In this document: in pieces, positions 26,587 to 36,140 of the stretch
Layout of the letters: every line of letters begins with the position of its first letter
How positions within the stretch are numbered: position 1 is the stretch's first letter
Origin: a virus
Direction: 5' to 3' (one strand)
DNA: 64,000 nucleotides
IMG/VR virus record: IMGVR_UViG_3300032087_005129
Program-made: the position numbers and the translations under genes
Notes under the pieces: model-generated
What the model saw: only the letters and a program-made list of their open reading frames with translations
Told to the model about the DNA's origin: nothing
Database searches by the model: none

Positions 26587-26969
26587 AGTTCAAAGTTTTG
26601 ACAGAAGAAAACTTCATTCTATTCGCAATGAAACACTACGACAATCCATCGTGTGAAGACGCAGACGAGTTTTACTCAGATCTCAATCGAATCAAATACA
26701 TCAAAAGACTTATTCGTAAGTATCTAAATGGTGAAGAACTCAAAGAGAGACTTCTTCTCAATCATTTGATTATTTTCTTCAACGTCTTTGGCATTCAATC
26801 TGCAAAAAGAATGATATTTTTTCGCTTTGAAGAAGAGTATCACTCAATACTAAAAACTTTTTTAGTCTATCTAAACTACATCAAAGATAATGAAACAATC
26901 GACAACATTGAGTTAGTCCGAATACCTATAAATACCACTGTTGCAAATGTTCTTCGGGAGATCAAATGA
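26583..26969 (+). CDS. conserved T4-like hypothetical protein
   Basis: LTEENFILFAMKHYDNP.C...EF..DL.RIKYIKRL...LLLNH.II..NVF. Confidence 0.75.
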   Translation: MKFKVLTEENFILFAMKHYDNPSCEDADEFYSDLNRIKYIKRLIRKYLNGEELKERLLLNHLIIFFNVFGIQSAKRMIFFRFEEEYHSILKTFLVYLNYIKDNETIDNIELVRIPINTTVANVLREIK

Positions 26970-27703
26970 GCGTTGTAGATACTGTTGTCGCATACAAGTT
27001 TATCAAGATTCTCTCCACACCGTGGAAGAAGACTGACGCTTATAAACTTGGCATCATTGATGATAAAGGCACAGTTCTCAAGAAACGAAAAGATCTAAAA
27101 ACATCAAACGAGAAGAAGGCTTACACAATCTTTCATACTCTTTGTTGGAACATCAAGCGACTACTCGACAAATTGCCTCCAACAAGAACAAGACTCGGCT
27201 CTTTTGCAACTGCTTTATGGATGCTAAAAGAGTATCTTGATCTTTCAAGGCTTGATAGTCAAAAACTTTTTGAAACATCAGAAGATTACTTTAAAGCCAA
27301 GGGGCTTGACATTCGCATGAATCTTCTTGAAGGTGCCAAAAAGAAAAGAAAATTAAACAAAGGTAAATACGTTCTCAAAGCAGATGTCACTGAGGATGTG
27401 TTTATTGGCGATACAGTGATACTTGAAAACGATTCTTTTCCGATTGCTGAGATTATGAATGTGCCATTGTATCAAATGATACATGAGAAAACAAAAAGAA
27501 AAGTCGTTGTGAGTGGTTATGAAATCAAGGAGCAGCCAGCCAACAACATTGGTGGTGGCAATATTGCTGGTGCAGGCTATGGTGGACCAGACGATAAGGT
27601 TGCAGTTGATATGTCTGGTATTACTGGAAGTATAAATAGAAGAGAACGTAATCGCCAGTCTATGCAAAGTTTGACTGGTATAAACTATCCAAGAGGATCA
27701 TAA
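26966..27703 (+). CDS. conserved T4-like hypothetical protein
   Basis: D...AYKFIKIL.TPW.K.DAYKLGIID.KG...AYT.FH.L..NIKRL. Confidence 0.7.
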   Translation: MSVVDTVVAYKFIKILSTPWKKTDAYKLGIIDDKGTVLKKRKDLKTSNEKKAYTIFHTLCWNIKRLLDKLPPTRTRLGSFATALWMLKEYLDLSRLDSQKLFETSEDYFKAKGLDIRMNLLEGAKKKRKLNKGKYVLKADVTEDVFIGDTVILENDSFPIAEIMNVPLYQMIHEKTKRKVVVSGYEIKEQPANNIGGGNIAGAGYGGPDDKVAVDMSGITGSINRRERNRQSMQSLTGINYPRGS

Positions 27704-27704
27704 A

Positions 27705-28430
27705 ATGGGATTAAACTACAGACAACAAAGAAGTCTAGCCGAATCAGTTGATCATGTTCTAGACCCACAAACAAACGAAGTTCACCTAAGTGAAGATTAT
27801 AGAAACATTCGTGAAAAAGCATCTACTCGTGTTGGTTACCAAATCAAGGCCGCTGGTGATGCTAACATGGATCTTCCAGATGATGTTATTGATTATGTTA
27901 TTAACAACATCGCAATGACGGAAGAGGTTATGTCTATTGAGGAAGCGTATGATACAGCGATGAGACAATTGACCGAAAAACCGTTTGGTTTTGGTAGTAG
28001 ACCTAGCCGAGGAGGAGGTTTTGGTATTCCTCCTGGTGGTGGTGGTCAAGAAGTAGATCCTGACGTTTCTCCCGGTGCTGCTGAACCAAAAAAGAAAAAA
28101 TACAAACAAGATCCTCAATTTATTAGTGATCTTAAAAAATTGATTAAAAAAGGTTGGAAAAAAATTAGAGATATCGGTGAGGATATCATAGACTTTATCC
28201 TAAAAACAGGAAAAAGTATTGATGATTGGCTAAACGAAAACATTATTGATCCTATTCTTTCTGTGTTCTTTGAAGATTTGCCTGCTGATCCTGAAAAGCA
28301 AAGAGTCATGCGAACAGTTCTGAAAATTGCTTTGTCTTATCTCATAGGCAAATGGATTCGAGGCGGAGGCGGCGGCGGCGGTACACCGACACCACCCCCA
28401 CCGATCAATCCACCTTTCGGAGGCGGATAA
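27705..28430 (+). CDS. hypothetical protein, Gly/Pro-rich
   Basis: 241-aa ORF. Confidence 0.55.
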   Translation: MGLNYRQQRSLAESVDHVLDPQTNEVHLSEDYRNIREKASTRVGYQIKAAGDANMDLPDDVIDYVINNIAMTEEVMSIEEAYDTAMRQLTEKPFGFGSRPSRGGGFGIPPGGGGQEVDPDVSPGAAEPKKKKYKQDPQFISDLKKLIKKGWKKIRDIGEDIIDFILKTGKSIDDWLNENIIDPILSVFFEDLPADPEKQRVMRTVLKIALSYLIGKWIRGGGGGGGTPTPPPPINPPFGGG

Positions 28431-28436
28431 TTAAAA

Positions 28437-28676
28437 ATGGTATCTAAAAATCTTAGATATCTTTCAACAGTAAATAGTTTTGAAAATCCAACACAGGATC
28501 TTTCGGTTCTATTTTTTGATACACAAACACAAGAGTCGTTCGTAGAGGGTGACCTTACCGAAGATGAGATCGGTGAGGTCATTCTCAATGAAAGAAAATT
28601 GTTTCGTGGAAAATACAAACAACTACCAATAGGAAAACCAGATACGGCGAATACTTTTTATATTGAAAGAAAATAA
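28437..28676 (+). CDS. hypothetical protein
   Basis: 79-aa ORF in operon. Confidence 0.45.
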   Translation: MVSKNLRYLSTVNSFENPTQDLSVLFFDTQTQESFVEGDLTEDEIGEVILNERKLFRGKYKQLPIGKPDTANTFYIERK

Positions 28677-28700
28677 TCTGGTAATAGAGAGGTATTCGAT

Positions 28701-29150
28701 ATGCTTACAGCATTTTTAAATCCTGAGATGTTGTCCCTACTTACGGGCAGTGTCACAGGATTTATCTTTAAGAGTCTGGCAGAAAAAAGACAGCAAGAGC
28801 AAGATCGCTTTATGCGTTTGCTTGAAGCACAAAAAGCAAGTGATGATAGTGCCGACAAGGCAGCCGCAAGAGTTAGTATTTCTGCGGGTAAATGGGTAAG
28901 AAGATTGATCGTTATCTGCATTCTTTTCGCTACTATCGTAGCCCCTTTTATTATAGCGTTTTCAGATGGTATCACCACTGTTGTTGAACATACCGAAACA
29001 GTCTATGATTGGTGGGATCTGTTCAAAATGTTCCCGCATGAAACAACACTCTACACCGAAGTGGATGGTTTCTTATTTACACCAGAGAATAGAAACATCC
29101 TAGTAACAATCGTAGGATTTTATTTCGGCCAAGCAGTAAAAGGCAAATAA
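28701..29150 (+). CDS. membrane protein, holin candidate
   Basis: Amphipathic N-terminus, TM helices, C-terminal IVGFYFG motif recalled from 3TM phage holins. Confidence 0.5.
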   Translation: MLTAFLNPEMLSLLTGSVTGFIFKSLAEKRQQEQDRFMRLLEAQKASDDSADKAAARVSISAGKWVRRLIVICILFATIVAPFIIAFSDGITTVVEHTETVYDWWDLFKMFPHETTLYTEVDGFLFTPENRNILVTIVGFYFGQAVKGK

Positions 29151-29176
29151 ATACTTTTGTGAAAAGGAGTTATATT

Positions 29177-29389
29177 ATGAAAAATGTTTGTTTGTCTTTA
29201 ATCGCTTTGATGTGTTTCGGGTGTAGTTCGACACAAAAAAGTCCATTCATTTCAGTTAACGATGTGACTGATGAAACACCCGCAGATCAACTGGTGAGAG
29301 ATGAAGATGGTCTTGGTGCTGGTGATGCTTTTGGTTGGCTAACTTTACAGGACATGGAGAAAAAAAAACTTCTGGATTACTTCAAGTAA
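29177..29389 (+). CDS. putative lipoprotein
   Basis: AAGGAG SD; MKNVCLSLIALMCFG-C lipobox-like signal. Confidence 0.55.
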   Translation: MKNVCLSLIALMCFGCSSTQKSPFISVNDVTDETPADQLVRDEDGLGAGDAFGWLTLQDMEKKKLLDYFK

Positions 29390-29559
29390 ATTCAGAACAA
29401 CAGAATGAGAATGAGCAGGTCAGATATAATTGGCCTGCTATTTTTTTGTATGCTGCTCTTTGCATAGTTTGTGCGTACACAGTTATTCGTGAGTTCATAG
29501 AGCCAATGTATAAACGCCGAACTATGTATGAACAAAACCAACAAAAAACCAAAAAATAA
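29335..29559 (+). CDS. TM-containing ORF, possibly the -1 frameshift continuation of the lipoprotein
   Basis: No convincing start or SD; overlaps the A9 run at 29360-68. Confidence 0.4.
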   Translation: MANFTGHGEKKTSGLLQVNSEQQNENEQVRYNWPAIFLYAALCIVCAYTVIREFIEPMYKRRTMYEQNQQKTKK

Positions 29560-29611
29560 GAATTTTGTTTCCTAACTCCAAAACCATAATAAAAACCAAC
29601 TTAAAATAGAT

Positions 29612-29639
29612 TTGACAAGACTCTTCTAATTGCTATACT
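29612..29639 (+). promoter_or_regulatory. sigma70-like promoter (extended -10), likely leaderless primase mRNA
   Basis: TTGACA-N16-TATACT with TGn; ATG begins 7 nt after the -10 box. Confidence 0.7.
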
Positions 29640-29645
29640 TCTCTC

Positions 29646-30629
29646 ATGTCTATCTTTACTGACAAAAACTATATCAATCGTTTGTCACCTAACTTGCAAC
29701 TGTTCTCATGGAAAAAAGACGATCTAGCAAACTGTAGGTGTCCTGTCTGTGGTGACTCTAGCAAAAACAAAAGAAAAGCAAGAGGTTACTTCTATCGAAA
29801 AGCAAACAACATGTACTACAAGTGCCACAACTGCGATTTCGGTTGTTCGCTTGGCAACATGATTAAACGTCTTTCGCCTTCTCTGTTCAAAGAGTATCGT
29901 CTTGAAAACTACAGAGCGGGTGAAGTGAACAAGCCAAATGTTTCGAAGCCAGAGTTCAAGTTTGAGCCTGTGAAACTTAGAAAGAAGATAGGGGTTCCGA
30001 TACAAGACTCCCTTCTTTCAGTTTCGTTTCTTCAAGCAAGAAGAATCCCAGAGAATCTATACTCAAAGTTTCGTTTTTCTGAGTGCTTTATTGATGATGT
30101 GAAGAAGGTCAATACTGATATTTCTGTTGGCTCAGAGAGTCGTATTTTAATTCCTGTTTATGATGAAAAGAAAAATTTGATTGGCGTTCAAGGCAGAGCG
30201 ATGAATGGTGAAAAGCCAAAGTACATCACAATCAAAACAGATGGTTATCAAGATCAATTGATCTATGGCTTAGATTCTGTAAACGATCAGAAGACGGTCT
30301 GTGTGTTTGAGGGTCCGATTGACTCTATGTTCATACCCAATTCTGTTGCTGTTCTAGGAGCGAATCTAAAGGGGGTAGTAGAGAAATTTAGTGACTGTGT
30401 GTTCTGTTTTGACAATGAACCAAGAAACAAACAAATCGTGAGTAAGATGCAAGAAGCGATTGATCTTGGCGAAAAAGTTTGTATCTGGCCAGAGAGTCTT
30501 AAGATAAAAGATATCAATGACATGATAGTGTCTGGAATGACTGTAGAAATGATTCAGAACATTATCGAGTTGAACACATTCAGCGGCAATGCTGCAAGAT
30601 TGAAATTTGTAAAGTGGAGAAAAGCATGA
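29646..30629 (+). CDS. gp61: DNA primase (T4 gp61-like)
   Basis: NCRCPVCGDS.KNK.KARG, CHNC, QGR, EGPIDS.F, DNEPRN, KDINDM. Confidence 0.95.
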   Translation: MSIFTDKNYINRLSPNLQLFSWKKDDLANCRCPVCGDSSKNKRKARGYFYRKANNMYYKCHNCDFGCSLGNMIKRLSPSLFKEYRLENYRAGEVNKPNVSKPEFKFEPVKLRKKIGVPIQDSLLSVSFLQARRIPENLYSKFRFSECFIDDVKKVNTDISVGSESRILIPVYDEKKNLIGVQGRAMNGEKPKYITIKTDGYQDQLIYGLDSVNDQKTVCVFEGPIDSMFIPNSVAVLGANLKGVVEKFSDCVFCFDNEPRNKQIVSKMQEAIDLGEKVCIWPESLKIKDINDMIVSGMTVEMIQNIIELNTFSGNAARLKFVKWRKA

Positions 30630-31354
30630 ATGTATTAGACAAAGGACATGTTGAATATGTCGATCACATGGGAAGTGACTTGATGGTTGTTAACGCAGCC
30701 AGAGTTTCGTTTAGCAGTGAGAGTGAATGGGGGCTTGACTACGATGCAATCGAACGTTTAAAAAGTTCACCATACAACAAAGATGATGTTCGAAAACTAA
30801 AAGAGAAAGATGAAAAACTAATTCGTTATCTTGCAAAGCACCAGCACTGGACTCCGTTTGCTCATCCGCAGATTACGCTAAGAATCAAAGCCCCTGTGTC
30901 GATTCGAACACAACTTTTTAAACACAAAGTTGGCTTCACAGAAAATGAAATCAGCAGACGATATGTTTCGTATGAACCTGAGTTTTACCACCCTGAGTGG
31001 AGAAGTAAACCAACAGATGGTGCGAAACAGGGCAGTGATGATTTTGTAACTGAGGAAGCCAAAACAAATTTATATGATGCTATTTACAGAGAGTCATGTG
31101 AAAAGGCTCTTCATGTTTATAACACATTGATCGAAAAGGGTATTGCACCTGAGCAAGCAAGATTTGTTTTGCCGCAGGGTATGTACACAGAATGGTACTG
31201 GACAGGATCACTTGCTGCGTATGCTCGTGTTGTTCGTCAAAGAGATGATTCTCACGCACAATGGGAAGTTCGTGAGTATGCAAAAGCAATCTCAAGTTCA
31301 ATTGAAAATCTTTTTCCTGTATCATGGAAATACCTTACTGCCAACAATAAATAA
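30626..31354 (+). CDS. thyX: flavin-dependent thymidylate synthase
   Basis: VNAARVSF, HWTPFAH, Q..KH..G..ENEISRRY, PEQAR.VLPQ, HAQWE. Confidence 0.95.
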   Translation: MNVLDKGHVEYVDHMGSDLMVVNAARVSFSSESEWGLDYDAIERLKSSPYNKDDVRKLKEKDEKLIRYLAKHQHWTPFAHPQITLRIKAPVSIRTQLFKHKVGFTENEISRRYVSYEPEFYHPEWRSKPTDGAKQGSDDFVTEEAKTNLYDAIYRESCEKALHVYNTLIEKGIAPEQARFVLPQGMYTEWYWTGSLAAYARVVRQRDDSHAQWEVREYAKAISSSIENLFPVSWKYLTANNK

Positions 31355-31387
31355 AATCACACAACCAAACAATGAAGGAAAAAATAA

Positions 31388-33310
31388 ATGAATCTACCAA
31401 CACCGTATCAAGACTTTATTCACCTTTCTCGATACTCAAGATGGCTTGAGAACGAAGATCGCAGAGAAAGTTGGGATGAAACTGTAAATCGTTTTATCGA
31501 ATTTTTTGAAAATCACATTTCTGAAAATCATAGTGATTTTAATTTTTCGAGGCATCGTGAAGCGATTCGCAAGTCTATACTTGGTCTTGAGGTAATGCCT
31601 TCGATGCGTGCATTGATGACGGCTGGACCTGCGTTGCTTCGTGATTCTGTTGCAGGCTATAACTGTTCATATCTTCATATCAATAAACCAAAATGTTTTG
31701 ACGAGATGATGTACATTCTCATGTGTGGTACAGGAGTTGGATTTAGTGTTGAAAGAAACTTTGTTGAAAAATTACCAACAATTGCAGAAGACTTTACTGA
31801 GAGCGAAACTACAATTGTCGTTGCGGATTCTAAAATTGGCTGGGCAAAAGCCTATCGAGAACTCATCTCGCTACTTATTGGAGGTCAGGTGCCAAAGTGG
31901 GACTTATCAAAGATTCGTCCTGCTGGGGCAAGACTTCGAACCTTTGGTGGACGAGCGTCGGGTCCTAAACCTTTGGATGAACTTTTCCACTTTACCGTTG
32001 ACATCTTCAAAAAAGCAGCAGGTCGCAAACTCACTTCCATTGAATGCCACGACATATGCTGTAAAATTGCTGAAATCGTAGTTGTCGGTGGTGTTCGTCG
32101 ATCTGCTTTGATCTCTTTGTCAGATCTTACTGATGATCGAATGCGTCACGCAAAAAGTGGCAACTGGTGGGGAACAGAGCCACAAAGGGCATTAGCAAAC
32201 AACTCTGCTTGTTATAAATCAAAACCAGAGATTGGTACTTTTATGGATGAGTGGAACTCTTTGTACCGTTCAAAGAGTGGTGAACGGGGTATCTTTAATC
32301 GTCAGGCGGCCAAGAATCAAGTCGAAAGTATCGGTGATGATCGACGAGATTCCAATTATGACTTCGGTACAAACCCATGCTCAGAAATTATTCTTCGTGA
32401 TAAAGAGTTTTGTAACCTCTCTGAGGTTGTTGTTCGTGCAGATGACACACTTGAAACTTTGAGAGAAAAGGTTCGTGTTGCAACAATTATTGGAACGATC
32501 CAATCTACGCTGACAAACTTTAGGTATCTTTCAAGTGATTGGAAAAACAACTGCGAAGAAGAAAGACTTCTTGGTGTTTCTCTTACTGGTATTATGGACT
32601 GCTCAATTCTAAATGGTGAGCATCCTGATCTTCGTGATGTTTTATCTGAACTCAAAGATGTTGCAATCAAAACAAATAAAAAGGTTGCAAAAGATCTGGG
32701 TATTCCTGCGTCTGCTGCAATCACTTGCGTCAAGCCTTCTGGCACAGTTTCGCAACTCGTTGATGCTGCTTCGGGTATTCATGCACGACACAGCAAGCAC
32801 TACATTCGCACTGTTCGTGCAGACAATAAAGATCCATTGTGTGACTTTATGAAGCAAAAAGGATTCAAGAGTGAGCCTTGTGCTATGAAAGGCGACAAGG
32901 TTACTGTTTTCTCATTCCCCATTGAATCACCAGACAACGCAACTGTTCGTGAAGATCAAAATGCGATTGAACAACTTGAACTTTGGTTGATCTATCAAAG
33001 ATATTGGTGTGAACACAAGCCATCTATCACTGTTTCTGTTCGTGAGCATGAGTGGATGGATGTTGGCGCCTGGGTCTACAAGCACTTTGATGAAATTTCT
33101 GGCATCTCATTCTTGCCATACAGCGAACATACTTACGCACAAGCACCATACCAAGAGTGTTCAAAAGAAGAGTATGAAGCATTGTTGGCTGAAACACCTA
33201 CCAATATTGATTGGTCAGAACTACAAGACTTTGAAAAAGAGGACAACACTGCTGGCAGTCAAACATATGCTTGCTCTGGCGACTCTTGTGAAGTCGTAGA
33301 TTTGACTTGA
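31388..33310 (+). CDS. nrdJ: class II (adenosylcobalamin-dependent) ribonucleotide reductase
   Basis: MPSMR, YNCS, GTGVGFS, GGVRRSALI, TNPCSEI, FCNL, TCVKPSGT, C-terminal ACSGDSCE; no beta-subunit gene adjacent. Confidence 0.93.
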   Translation: MNLPTPYQDFIHLSRYSRWLENEDRRESWDETVNRFIEFFENHISENHSDFNFSRHREAIRKSILGLEVMPSMRALMTAGPALLRDSVAGYNCSYLHINKPKCFDEMMYILMCGTGVGFSVERNFVEKLPTIAEDFTESETTIVVADSKIGWAKAYRELISLLIGGQVPKWDLSKIRPAGARLRTFGGRASGPKPLDELFHFTVDIFKKAAGRKLTSIECHDICCKIAEIVVVGGVRRSALISLSDLTDDRMRHAKSGNWWGTEPQRALANNSACYKSKPEIGTFMDEWNSLYRSKSGERGIFNRQAAKNQVESIGDDRRDSNYDFGTNPCSEIILRDKEFCNLSEVVVRADDTLETLREKVRVATIIGTIQSTLTNFRYLSSDWKNNCEEERLLGVSLTGIMDCSILNGEHPDLRDVLSELKDVAIKTNKKVAKDLGIPASAAITCVKPSGTVSQLVDAASGIHARHSKHYIRTVRADNKDPLCDFMKQKGFKSEPCAMKGDKVTVFSFPIESPDNATVREDQNAIEQLELWLIYQRYWCEHKPSITVSVREHEWMDVGAWVYKHFDEISGISFLPYSEHTYAQAPYQECSKEEYEALLAETPTNIDWSELQDFEKEDNTAGSQTYACSGDSCEVVDLT

Positions 33311-33334
33311 CATTTATTTTTTACCCTGTATAGT
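33307..33334 (+). promoter_or_regulatory. sigma70-like promoter for HNH gene
   Basis: TTGACA-N16-TATAGT. Confidence 0.55.
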
Positions 33335-33342
33335 TGATTCTG

Positions 33343-33714
33343 ATGAGAAAAGTTTGTCGCACATGCAAGCGAAAAAGAAACGTCAATAAGTTTGCGTTTG
33401 CTGGCGTTCCTAGCGAAAAGAAATATCGTCGCACCCAATGTAAGGACTGCGACAATAAACTTCGCAAAGAAAGAATTATGAAAACGAAGCAACAATACAT
33501 CGAATACAAAAAAACATGTACTTGTTCTCGTTGTGGCTACAGCGACTATAGAGCCTTGCAGTTTCATCATCTCCGTGACAAGAAACACAATGTTTCGGAT
33601 ATGGTGAACTCAGGCTTTTCTTTTGGTGCAATTATGGAAGAAATCAATAAGTGTGAAGTAGTTTGTGCAAACTGTCACCAGATTGAACATTTAATGGAAA
33701 GTAAAGAACAATGA
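33343..33714 (+). CDS. HNH endonuclease (free-standing, homing-type)
   Basis: CxxC pairs, C..CG...ALQFHH...K...EINKC.VVCANCH.I.H. Confidence 0.85.
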   Translation: MRKVCRTCKRKRNVNKFAFAGVPSEKKYRRTQCKDCDNKLRKERIMKTKQQYIEYKKTCTCSRCGYSDYRALQFHHLRDKKHNVSDMVNSGFSFGAIMEEINKCEVVCANCHQIEHLMESKEQ

Positions 33715-34067
33715 GAAAGTATGGTATCTGGATTGAAAGTCTTCAAACTTGGGTAAAAGAAACCTATGTGAGAAATGAGAGAACCAAAAAATATCAACCA
33801 GTCTACAGTTTGTTTGCCACTCTTGATGAAGCCAATGCTGCTGCTGACGAGATTGATTGGGAGCCAGTTAATCTCAAAAGAAAGTCTTGGAAGAAAATGA
33901 ATCGATATGTCGGTAAAAAATTTACAGGCGATGACTGTGGTTCACCAATTCAGAAATACACAAAGAAGCGAAGACAAAAGGTTGAAGAAAGTACCAACCT
34001 TGAAAATCTTGAACCAGGATTTACTCAAAGAAACTTTGATGAAAATATGAAAAGGACTGCAAAATGA
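33711..34067 (+). CDS. hypothetical protein
   Basis: 118 aa, coupled start/stop. Confidence 0.55.
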   Translation: MRKYGIWIESLQTWVKETYVRNERTKKYQPVYSLFATLDEANAAADEIDWEPVNLKRKSWKKMNRYVGKKFTGDDCGSPIQKYTKKRRQKVEESTNLENLEPGFTQRNFDENMKRTAK

Positions 34068-34906
34068 TTTTGCTTGACTATAATCAAATTGCCATTGCAT
34101 CTGTAATGGCACAAACACGACAAGATAAGCCAGATGAAAATTTAATTCGTCATATGGTTTTAAATAGCATTCGAAATATTCGAAATAAATTTAAGAATGA
34201 TTATGGGGAACTTGTTATCTGTTGCGATACAGGTAACTATTGGAGAAAAGATAAGTTTCCTTTCTACAAAGCATCCAGAAAACAAAAACAAAAGAAGTCT
34301 GACTTTGATTGGGGTCTCTTGTTTTCTATTCTTGGTAAGGTTCGTGAAGAACTTGATTTGTTTTTTCCATACAAGGTCTTGCATGTAGAACGTTGTGAAG
34401 CAGATGATGTGATTGCAACGCTTTGTAAAAAGTATCATCAGTCTGAGAAGATTGTGATTGTCTCATCTGATAAAGATTTTCAACAACTACAACGCTATGA
34501 AAATGTTCGTCAATGGAATCCAATCAAAAACTCTTTTGTCAAATGTTCTGATCCAGAAAAGTTTTTGCAAGATCTGATTATTCGTGGCGACAGTTCTGAT
34601 GGTGTGCCAAATGCATTGTCTGAGGATGACTGTTTGGTTGATCCTGAAAAAAGACAAAAGCCTTTGACTAAAAAGATGTTGGCTTATTTCCATGATAACT
34701 TCTTAAACGATAAAACGCCAGATGAGTATAGGGAGACATTGGAGAGAAATCAATTACTCGTAGATTTCGGTTCTATACCAGATGAATATACTATAAATAT
34801 ACTTGAAGAGTACGATAAGAAACCACAAGGTAATCGTTCGAGACTCTTCAATTACTTCATTGCAAAAAGGTTAAAGGTTCTCATGGAGAACATACAGGAG
34901 TTTTAA
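34064..34906 (+). CDS. rnh: T4-type RNase H / 5'-3' exonuclease
   Basis: MILLD.NQI, YWR...P.YKA.R, EADDVI, SSDKDF.QL, GDSSDGVPN. Confidence 0.95.
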   Translation: MILLDYNQIAIASVMAQTRQDKPDENLIRHMVLNSIRNIRNKFKNDYGELVICCDTGNYWRKDKFPFYKASRKQKQKKSDFDWGLLFSILGKVREELDLFFPYKVLHVERCEADDVIATLCKKYHQSEKIVIVSSDKDFQQLQRYENVRQWNPIKNSFVKCSDPEKFLQDLIIRGDSSDGVPNALSEDDCLVDPEKRQKPLTKKMLAYFHDNFLNDKTPDEYRETLERNQLLVDFGSIPDEYTINILEEYDKKPQGNRSRLFNYFIAKRLKVLMENIQEF

Positions 34907-34909
34907 TTA

Positions 34910-35329
34910 ATGTATAAGATGACAATCCCAGAGATTTTAGACGAACTTGGTAAAATTACAAGTTACAGTGAAAGAGTTGGTTTCCTACGAACAAATTCTA
35001 CCAATTCCCTTAAGGATGTTCTTCGTTATATTTTTGATGAAAACATTGTCTTTCCTCTAGACGATCTTCCTCCTTATAAAAAGAATGATCAACCAGAAGG
35101 TTTGGCAGACAACAATCTCTTTCAAGAGGCAAGTAGACTTTATATCTTTGCACAACCAACGATAGATAAAATGGGTATGCTTCGCACCGAACAAAACTTA
35201 ATTCCTCTTCTTGAAAGTGTGAGTGCACCAGAAGCAGAACTTATCGGTGAGATTATCACCAATAAAGTCAAGAAAAAAAATCTAACCAAAAAATTAGTTA
35301 CGGAGTCTTTTCCAGGTTTAATCCCATGA
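34910..35329 (+). CDS. conserved T4-like hypothetical protein (follows rnh)
   Basis: FD..I...L....PY...P.G...L..E..RLY.F...E...LLE...EAE...V..FP.L. Confidence 0.65.
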   Translation: MYKMTIPEILDELGKITSYSERVGFLRTNSTNSLKDVLRYIFDENIVFPLDDLPPYKKNDQPEGLADNNLFQEASRLYIFAQPTIDKMGMLRTEQNLIPLLESVSAPEAELIGEIITNKVKKKNLTKKLVTESFPGLIP

Positions 35330-35508
35330 AAAAGAGTAAAAGTAAAGATCGACTAGATGATTCTCGTCATCGAAAAACAAAGATCTTTAAGCAAAAAAAC
35401 GTGAAGTCTCGTAGACAAACATTCAGAAATATGTCAAATGATGTGAAGACAAACACTGATGATGTTTACAACTACGATGTTGAAACGTTTGAAAAATTTA
35501 ATAATTGA
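35326..35508 (+). CDS. small basic protein
   Basis: 60 aa, ATGA coupling. Confidence 0.5.
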   Translation: MKKSKSKDRLDDSRHRKTKIFKQKNVKSRRQTFRNMSNDVKTNTDDVYNYDVETFEKFNN

Positions 35509-36070
35509 TCTGTTCGAATAGTTCTCGACACACGAAGTAAGAGTCTGCTATATCAGATATTGGACTTATAGCCTGTTTTGTATCAAAAATTTCTTTGAGA
35601 TTCAAACCGGTGTCGATTCGAAACTGTCGAACAATCTCTTCCTTGTTTGCGTTTCCTTTTCCTGACCATTTTTTCTTTATTTCAGTTGGCGTAAAAACTG
35701 AAACAGGAATAGGAATTTGATAGAGTTTATATTTTAGAATGCCAGTATTTTCAGCGATGTTAAAAACTCTGCCTTTTGCGGCAAACGCATACCCCTCGAT
35801 AGCGACCTGTTCGCACTTAGCGACCTTACTAATTGCCCAATCGGCAATTGAATCGTATCGTTGTATGTCTGTTTCCCATTCAAAGTATTTGTCGCCGAAT
35901 ATGTTGGTCTGAAATTTCTCAGCGTATTTGTTTTTGTCTATTAGATAATGGAATCTACATGCCTTTGGATCAAACTTTTTTTTGTTACCACTGTAAACAC
36001 AAATGCATGGACAGGTCATTGAGTAATCAATGCCAGCGATACAAATTTTCTGATTTTTCTGATTAGACAC
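35498..36070 (-). CDS. RuvC-like Holliday junction resolvase
   Basis: AGIDYS..P, IEGYAF, IAEN.G.LK, P..IKK..GKGNA.K, SDIADS. Confidence 0.85.
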   Translation of the reverse strand: MSNQKNQKICIAGIDYSMTCPCICVYSGNKKKFDPKACRFHYLIDKNKYAEKFQTNIFGDKYFEWETDIQRYDSIADWAISKVAKCEQVAIEGYAFAAKGRVFNIAENTGILKYKLYQIPIPVSVFTPTEIKKKWSGKGNANKEEIVRQFRIDTGLNLKEIFDTKQAISPISDIADSYFVCRELFEQINY

Positions 36071-36098
36071 TTGACAAACCTTTTTTCTATGCTATTAT
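36071..36098 (+). promoter_or_regulatory. sigma70-like early promoter
   Basis: TTGACA-N16-TATTAT with TGn. Confidence 0.65.
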
Positions 36099-36140
36099 TT
36101 AGAAGTCAACAAAAAACCTCTGAACCAAAAAGGAGAAAAA

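Noticed and set aside
5005-33310. Inteins or introns in gp43, nrdJ, thyX or primase
   Set aside because: ORFs are uninterrupted, of normal length, and lack intein termini.
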